Shown here: piece by piece, positions 55,683-64,000 of the stretch | Position numbering within the stretch: the first letter of the stretch is position 1 | Layout of the letters: every line of letters starts with the position of its first letter | Source: the human T2T-CHM13v2.0 reference genome, Homo sapiens | Assembly: GCF_009914755.1 (NCBI RefSeq) | Contig: NC_060925.1 | Reading direction: 5' to 3' (one strand) | Length of the DNA stretch: 64,000 bases | Program-made: the position numbers and the translations under genes | The notes under the pieces: model-generated | The model's input: only the letters and a program-made list of their open reading frames with translations | Told to the model about the DNA's origin: nothing | The model's database searches: none

Positions 55683-57605
55683 AAATGATCCTATGCCTAG
55701 AAAACTCCATAGTCTTGACCTGAACGCTCCTTAAGCTGATAAATAATTTCAGCTGTCTCAGGATACAAAATCAACATACAAAAATTACTAGCATTTCTAT
55801 TCGCCAACAACAGTCAAGCTGAGAACCAAATCAGGAACGCAATTCCATTCACAATTGCCACAAAAATAATAAAATACCTAAGAATACAGCTAACAAGGGA
55901 GGTGAAAGTTCTCTACAAGGAGAACTACAAAACACTGCTCAAAGAAATCAGAGATGACACAGACAAATGGAAAAACATCTCATGCTCATGGATAAGAAGA
56001 ATCAAAATCATTAAAAAGGCCATATTGCCTAAAGTGATTTATAGATTCAATGCTATTCTTATCAAACTACTGATAATGTTCTTCACAACTAGAAAAAGCT
56101 ATTTTAAACTTCGTATGGAACCATAAAATGAGCCTGAATAAGCAAGGCAATCCTAAGCAAAAAGAAGAATGCTGGAGGCATCACACTAGCCAACTTCAAA
56201 CTATACTACAGGGCTGCAGAAACCAAAACAGCATGGAACTGTTACAAAAACAGACACATAGACCAATGGAACAAACAGATTGCTGAGAAAAAAGGCCACA
56301 CACCTACAACCATCTGATCTTTGACAAAGCAAGCTGACAAAAACAAGCAATGAGGAAAGGACTCCCTAGTAAATAAATGGTTCTGGGATAACTGGCTAGC
56401 CATATGCAGAAGATTGAAACTGGACCCCTTCCTTATACCATATACAAAAATCAACTAAGGATGGATTAAAGACTTAAATGTAAAACTCAAAACTATGAAA
56501 ACCCTGGAAGACAACGTAGGCAATACCATTCTAGATATAGGAGAGGGAAAAGATTTCATGACGAAGATGACAAAAGCTATTGCAACGAAAGCAAAACTTG
56601 ACAAATGGAAATTAAACTAAAGAGCTTCTATACAGCAAAATAAACTATCAATAGAGTAAACAGAACCTACAGAATGGAAGAAAATGTTTGCAAGCTATGC
56701 ATCTGACAAAGGTCTGATATCCAGCATCTATAAGGAACTTAAGAAAATTTATAGCAAAAAAACCAACAACCCACTTAAAAAGTGGGCAAAGAACATGAGC
56801 AGACATTTCAGAAAAAGATATACATGCAGCCGATAAGTATATGAAAAAAAGCTTAACATCACTGATCACTAGAGAAATGCAAATCAAAACCACAATGAGA
56901 TACCATCTCACACCAGTCAGAATGGCTATTACTAAAAAGTCAAAAAAATGACAGATGCTGGCAAGGTTGCGGAGAAAAAGAAACACTTGTACATTGTTGG
57001 TGGGAGTGTAAATTAGTTCAGCCATTGTGGAAGACAATTTCTGTAAGATCTAAAAACAGAACTACCATTCAACCCAGCAATTCCATTACTGGGTATACAC
57101 CCAAAGGAATATAAATCGTTCTACCATAAAGACACATGCACACATATGTTCATGTGCAGCACTAGTCACAATAGCAAAGACATGGAATCAACCTAAATGC
57201 CCATCAACGGTAATCTGGATAAAGAAAATGTGGTACATATATACCAAGAATATTATGCAGCCATAAAAAAGAACAAGATCATGTCCTTTGCAGGAACATG
57301 GATGGAGCTGAAGGCCATTATCCTTAGCAAAGTAACATAGGAACAGAAAATCAAATCCTGCATGTTCTCACTTATAAGTGGGAGCTAAATGATGAGAACA
57401 CATGGACACATAGAGGAAAACAACAGACACAGGAGCCTATTGGAGGGTGGAAGTTGAGAGGAGGGAGAAGATCAGGAAAAATAAATAGGTAGTAGACGTA
57501 ATACCTGGGTGACGAAATAATCTGTAAAACAAACCCCTGTGACACAAATTTACCTATATAACAAACCTGCACATGTACTCCTGAACTTAAAAGTTAAAAA
57601 AAAAA
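55683..57605 (+). mobile_element. 5'-truncated older L1PA (~1.9 kb: ORF2 3' part + 3' UTR + A tail); degenerate TSD 55667-55682 / 57606-57621
   Basis: ORF 55902-56126 ([28 protein letters not shown]) is L1 ORF2; TSD aagatttggagtcttg / aaggtttggggtcttg. Confidence 0.92.
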
Positions 57606-57849
57606 AAGGTTTGGGGTCTTGTGCATCTGGTTTTCATCTGCAATCAGAAAATGCAGTGCTCTAACAATGTTAGACATCATGCAGACCACGTACTCATGCA
57701 TAATTATGAAATATCACATGAGGAGGCAGAGCCCTTCAGTGTAATGAATTCCATTCCCTTCCCTATTTCCCCTTGGGTTTTACATAATATGTTTATGTTT
57801 TCTGCTTATAATAATACAAGATTCATTTTAGAAAATTGGTTAGAATTCT

Positions 57850-58350
57850 AAAATAATATATAATATCACTATCCGTGATAGTGACTATTAATACCTCAGT
57901 ATTTTTCCTTTCAGTCAATGTTTTCTCCTGTGTGGATATATGTAAATTTTTCACAAAATTGAAATTATTCCATGTACACCACTATGTACTTTGGTTTGTT
58001 CTGTCATTTTTCACTTAGCTTTTTATAATATAAACATTTTCCCATGCCATTCAAGAGCATGATTTAACGTGGCCACATAATAGTTCATCTTCTAGAAGTT
58101 CCTTACTTTAGCCAGTTAAAAGTTCTCTGCTATTGAGTGCTTGTATTGTTCCCAATGTTCTTTGGGTATAAGTAACACAGTGGTGAGCATCCTTGTTAAA
58201 ACCGAGCTTGCATCAATCCTATTTCCCTAGTTGAGATCCCTAGAAGTGTAAATTTTGGGTCAAAGGCTGGGTATATTTTTATAACTCTTCGTACGTAATG
58301 CCAAATTGATCTCCAGAAAGAACAAACTTATTCACAATCTTGGCAGTAGC
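57850..58350 (-). mobile_element. Old L1ME-type fragment
   Basis: cctagaagtgtaaattttgggtcaaagg...tgccaaattgatctccagaaag. Confidence 0.6.
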
Positions 58351-61300
58351 ATATTGGCAGTAGCTGTAGTGAGATGGCGGTAGAATGGCCATCTGACTAT
58401 GGCAACCCTTGATTTCTTTCTTCCATGATTTAGCACAATTCTCACTGAGCCTCAGGAGTTCTTTGGTTCCTCTCTGAGTCTTTCTGCATTAGATTCTGTG
58501 TTAATTCTCATCTCATCTCCATTGTTCATGGTTGGTGCTCAACCATCCAAATCCTGCACCTTCTGTCCCAAGACTGAGAAGACTCCATTTGGGAAGAACA
58601 TCAACAGCCCTCCCCTACTAATCAGTAGGGGTCTGGAAATGGTCTTTGGCTCACAGGCTGAAACCTAAGACACAGATGCTTTGGTGTGTTTGGGCAGTGG
58701 TTCTCCCTAATGCCCCTGGATGCCCATCTGTGGCTGCCTTCCACTTGCTTCTTTTGGGCTCTTGAGTTCACTCAGGGGAGTCCCATCCTATGTTCTGCCA
58801 TCAAGCTGATATTTGCTTTCTCTGCATCATCTCGGCCTGCCTTATTACCTGGGGCTCAGTCACCTGGTCATCTCTTGCTCTTCTCCACCTTCTACTAGAT
58901 AGACTTCCCCAGATGATTTAGCTTTGCATGTCACAATCCTCCATCTCACCCCATCCCCGGTCTTTGCCAAGGCCACTGATCCCTTATGCTGATCTCCTGT
59001 ATTAGTCGTTGCTTTGACTTTGGCACTTGTGAAATGGGGCTATATTTTCTATGCATTTGTTTAATCTTGGTCTCTTATTGCCACCCCCTCCTTTGGGTTG
59101 CCACTTCTGCCCTAGCTTTGCCCCTGACTCTGGTGACTCCCTTTCACTTTGGCTCAAGGCTTTACTATTCCCAGCATGCCCTGGCCCGTATGTTACAAGC
59201 CCAGTGAGAAACTGATACTTCAAGACTTTGCTTCAGAATATGAAAGGAGTGTATTAATTATGCATAGAAGGGCCATGGCAGTTTGCCAGCTGCATCTTAA
59301 CGAACTCTATTCCACTCCCCAGACATCCCAGCCCTTCCCTACTTCTGTTAGGTCCTTCCTGACTCATTTTGTTGAAGCTCCATCTCTGGCTTCAGCATCC
59401 TGACTTGCTTCTGACCTCTGGCCCACCATATGATATCTCAGTGCCCAGTTTGGCTCCCCTTCTGCCTTGGCATTGCTGACCGGGTCTGGCTTCCCTGTGA
59501 GCTGAATCTATAAGCTGCCCTGGCAGGCATGACCTCGCATTCCTGATGGGCCTGCTTCCTCCTTGGCTCTGGCCCTGCTCCAGAAGCTATGTGGATAGAA
59601 TATTTTAACCCCTCCAATTTCAGTTTTCTACTGAGAATGTGGGGCCTAATATGTGAGTATGGGCAGTCCAGTCTCAGACCATCCTTTTTCCAGCAAATCC
59701 TTTCCAGGGACATACCTTGGGAAGGAAAGTGGATAATAGGGGCAGCCACTCAGAACTGAAGAAACTCTAAGAAATACACCAGCAATTATTGCCTGGAATG
59801 CCCTGATCATCCCTCTATAGCGTGTTCTTACCCAGTTCTATGTTACCAATTTTGAAAAGCTACCAAGGTGCTTTTATCTAACAGTTGTGGGGGTCTCCCA
59901 CCTTTCTACTGCTTCTGCTCCCCAGACTCCAGTGACTTTTTCCTTAGACCTATTGCTGAATGTCTGAATCACCCTGCTTCAAGGGTGGGGGTGACTGGTC
60001 ACCTTAGTAGGTTCTACAAGGTGAGAGGCTGTGGGTGCTATTTCACCAGAGGGAATGGGGGAGCACCAAAATCAAAAGAGTGAGGATATGTTTCTTGGTT
60101 CATGGGAGCCAAAGTCCAAAAATCCATGAGTGTCTGGTGCCCCTCCACTCTAGCAGCTGCTATAGACTTGGCATAGAACAAGCATGTGATGCAGGGAGAC
60201 TGGGAAGAAACATTGCTTTTGTTTCTGGGCTATTTTATGAGCCAGCAGGGCAAGGCACATGGTGGTGTTCTTTCTGGTCAAGCTGCATTTGATTAAAGGA
60301 AACCGAAATCTACTTAGGGTTCAGGCGATTAGAATAAGAGGAAGAGCTGGCCTTTCTACAGCAATGCTAGCAGGAAAATAGAAAATGACAGGCAAATGGA
60401 CTGGCATGTCCAGAGCAGTGAGTCAGCCAGGCTCAAAAGCCAGGCATTGAATGAACACTGGTCACTGTCATTCTGCTCCTTCTATGGCATGCTTATTCCT
60501 TGGTTTCCTCCTGATTACAAAAAGACTAGAAACTCCTGGGGCCCGTGCTAGTCCAGAAACTCCTCTCAACAAATCAATATTCTCTCACCTCCAAATTATG
60601 TTGGGGAGTTATCGGAGCTTTGAATGGAGTTCTGAGTCTCTCTTCCTGATAGGGACTAATTTTTTCTGAATAGTGTGCTCACTGTGCTAACTGAAGAGCT
60701 AACTCCTTACCTCTTCCATCTCTTCTTTCCTTCCCCCTTCATGAACTGAGCCCCTTCATACTATGGCCTTTGCTTCTTTTCACCTGCATTGTGGTGGGGC
60801 TCAGGGTGTAGAACACAGAGAGAGGCTGGGAGAACCAACTCATTCCCATAACTCTGGTTCTAAAGAATACCATTCAGGTGGAGTACCTGTTAATCCATCC
60901 TTATTAAATTCATGGTAACTTATCTCTTAGTATTCATAGCCTCTCTAGCACTGAAGTTTTCCATCCTAAGTGACTTGAATCAAACTTTCTGATTGCCTTC
61001 ACGTTCCAGAGACACATACACAAATCAACTATTTGCGAAAACCAATCATTATCTCCTAAAGGAGGCACACCTATTGACATTCTTAAAGCTTTACAACTTT
61101 GGACATCTTACATGTGAGGAAACTAAGGCTCAATGAGGTGAAGTGACTTACTTGCCCAAGGTCACATGAGTTAATGGTAGAGCCAGGACAAGAAGTCAGA
61201 TCTGCTCTCAATCCAGGGATCTTTCTATTATGCTATCATGCCTTCCTCAGGATTTTGCTCATCTTTGGCTTATGCAACACTATATCTCAAGTTGAAATTA

Positions 61301-61854
61301 CTCCCATAGCTTAGAAATAGGACAGTTGCCTCGTTAGCATTTTCTTTCTGCCTTTCTACAAAGGAGTCTCAAAGTACTATGGACTGTTAAAGTAGAAAAC
61401 TGGGACCTTATGGGGCCATCTTAGCTCCTCAACAGGTGTGTTAGTAATCCCAAATTCTGGAAAGTCATTGCTGGTGTGTTCTCAATTAGGATGTGGTCTA
61501 TAGTTTTGGTTTCCAAAGGCTACAGTGTCACAAGTCTTGCATATGGATTGTGGCCATGAATATCCTTGAGTGACCTATGTTAAGTACTGGGATCAGGTAA
61601 AAGTGTAATGTGACTGTCAAATCCTATTTTCATTTTTCTTTCTCTCACTCAGTTTTCTCATTCATAAAATGAGTATTCTTTGAGGTCACTGTATGAAATA
61701 ATCCAGGAAAAAGGCTTAACACTGAGCATATCTAATAGTCAGTGCCTCCCAAATAATAGTTGTGAGTGAAAATTTAATTCACCTATGTTTAATCTTCCAT
61801 TTTATACACGAATATAATAAAACATTGTGGAAAGATAGCATAACATAAATAATG

Positions 61855-62075
61855 AAATAGTGGGCTCCAGTGCCAAACAAATCTGGAATCGTATCCTGAC
61901 CTGGCCACTTGCTAACTGTGTGATCATGGGTAAATTACATAACTTTTCCAAGACTCAGTTTTCTCATTCATCAAATGAGCATTACTTGAGATCACTATAT
62001 AAAATAATCCAGGAAAAAGGCTTAACACTGAGCATATCTAATAGCCAGTGCCTCCCAAATAATAGTTGTATTATT
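61855..62075 (+). mobile_element. MIR (source of nearby 117-bp duplicate)
   Basis: ccacttgctaactgtgtgatcatgggtaaattacataac...ctcagttttctcat. Confidence 0.7.
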
Positions 62076-62449
62076 GCATTCCTTTGAACTATCCCAGTCT
62101 TCACTATATAATAAGAGACCTTGGATGCTCAAGCTGCTAGATGAAATAACTACATTTTTTTGGCATATTGGTGGTGCTAATATTTGTTCTGTTACTTTTT
62201 TCCCCTTTCTGTAGCTCTCTTCATTATTTTCACATGGCAAACATAAACTTCTTCTGATAAACAAAAAAACTAGTAAATTTCATTATAGTTCTGTTTAATA
62301 CATTTATTTTTAAAATTAGTGTGTCTGTTTTAATTTAGATATTCATTTTGAATATAGCCCTTGAAACTCTTAGTTTAATTTAAATATTTGTATTACATGG
62401 CAAGACCCATAGACAATATTCAATACATTGTTTTCAAAGATATCCGCTT

Positions 62450-62855
62450 TACTAAGTCCCTTCTCTTCTTTAAGTTTTTGTTCAAATCTTACCTTCTTAA
62501 CAAAGCTTAATCTGATCATCCTATTCTGCAAGCTTCTACCTTCTCCTACACCTACCACTCCCCAGTCCCAGGAACTTTCACCCTCCCCTACTCCTGCCAC
62601 ATCCCCCCAGCACACACACACATTGGCATCCCTGAACCCACTTTATTCTGCTCAATTTTTTTTCTACAGCACTTATCACTGTCTAATATACTGCATACTT
62701 TTTATTGTTTATTGTATGTTTCCACATGGGTAAGGGTTTTTGTCTCTCTCTGTTTCTCTTCATTAATACTTTCAAGTGACTAGAATAGTGCCAGGGACAC
62801 AGTAAGAGTTCAGTAAGTACAATAAGTATTGGTTGAATGTTTGTTGAATGAAGAT
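62450..62855 (-). mobile_element. L2 3' fragment
   Basis: cagcacttatcact...tagaatagtgccagggacacagt...ttgttgaatgaa. Confidence 0.65.
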
Positions 62856-63389
62856 ACTGGCATATTTATTAAGCTAGATGTTCTTAAATTATCAAATGAT
62901 TATCTTCTTCTTCTTTTTAGAAACTGGGTCTTGCTCTGTCATCCAGGCTGATCATAGCTCACTGTAACCTTGAACTTCTGGGCTCAAGAAGATATATATA
63001 TATATATGTGCATATGATATATGATATATGTAGAGAGAGACAAATCCCTGAGCCATTAACCTCTATTTGTCTTCCTGCTAAGCCTAACTAAACTTTAGTA
63101 GTGACTATTTTTGTATGTATGTATATATATACACACATTATACATATATAATATGCATATAAAGGCACATCCATATACATACGTAAGAAGGTTATATTTT
63201 TTAATGGTGCAATAACTTTTAAATCTCTCAAACAGCATAGTATTTTTTTCCTCTTTTCTATTTTGAGGGAATGTTTATTTCTAAAGAAATAGCTATTTCA
63301 TCACATATCCCACAGAGTAATGAGTTCTCTAGGATTTCTCTGCTTTTACCTAAATTAAACTTGTTAGTTGCTGCTTAGCCCTGACTGGA

Positions 63390-64000
63390 TTCATTTGATT
63401 GATTGATTCGTGAGCATTCATGTAATTAACTTATTCACGTCCCATTATTTGTCAGGCATTGTGCTAGGTTCTGCTTATAGACGACGAAAGGACAAAGTTC
63501 CTTCCTTTAAAGAATCTAATCTAGGGGAAGTAACAGACAAGTTTAAACCGCGATTATAATGCAGTGTAAGTGCCTCATTATAGCTGACAACAGGATGCTA
63601 AAGGAACACAAGCAGTTAGGAGATACTAATAGTCTGTAAGTAATCTAGACCACTGCCAAGTTCACCCTGAGACAGTCAGGTTTTCAGGATAGGACCATCC
63701 ATTTTGTCTGCTCTGAGATGGTAATTGCTTGTGGTCAGAAACAGAGGGAGCAAAATATATCATTATTATTATTACTATTAATATATTTTAATAACAATGA
63801 TGGTAAGGAAAAGACAGTTTACAGAATAAGAAATTCAATCTTACTCATAATTGAAGTAATGCAAATTAAAATAATAATGCAATAGATTCATTCAATTATT
63901 GAGCACCTACTGTGTGCCAGGCATTGTTAAAGGTGCTGGGGGTATAGTAGGGACTAAAGCTGACGAAATCATAGTTCTTAAAGAGCTTGTATTCTAGTTG
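63390..64000 (+). mobile_element. L2 3'-end fragments (63390-63620 and 63885-64000)
   Basis: attcattcaattattgagcacctactgtgtgccaggcattgtt. Confidence 0.65.

Noticed and set aside
55902-57572. ORFs resembling reverse-transcriptase-associated protein
   Set aside because: Frameshifted remnants of L1 ORF2 or their antisense frames, not a gene.
58612-58631. cccctact-aatc-agtagggg hairpin
   Set aside because: 8-bp stem expected by chance in 64 kb.

Overview
Primate, very likely human, genomic DNA (Alu-rich) holding the 5' part of ARHGAP29 (PARG1, Rho GTPase-activating protein 29) on the minus strand. It contains a non-coding exon 1 in a CpG island (~31.4-32.1 kb) and coding exons 2-5 (25619-25855, 14469-14603, 3451-3547, 3029-3101; 170 codons, MIAHKQKK...PVSRETK). 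The gene continues beyond the left edge. The rest is intron and ~32 kb of upstream sequence dominated by Alu, L1, L2, MIR, MLT1 and DNA-transposon relics. The most striking structure is a second copy of the whole promoter/exon-1 cassette 10,137 bp upstream (~41.6-42.2 kb, ~92% identical over a 222-bp ungapped core). It keeps the GC boxes, CCAAT box, splice donor and an upstream ATG. When either exon 1 is spliced to exon 2, that strong-context uATG is in frame with ARHGAP29 and separated from it by a single UGA-C stop. A second tiny uORF overlaps the main ATG. A candidate cassette exon and an older ~0.9-kb tandem duplication lie between the two promoters. Repeat subfamily names and boundaries were assigned by eye and are approximate.
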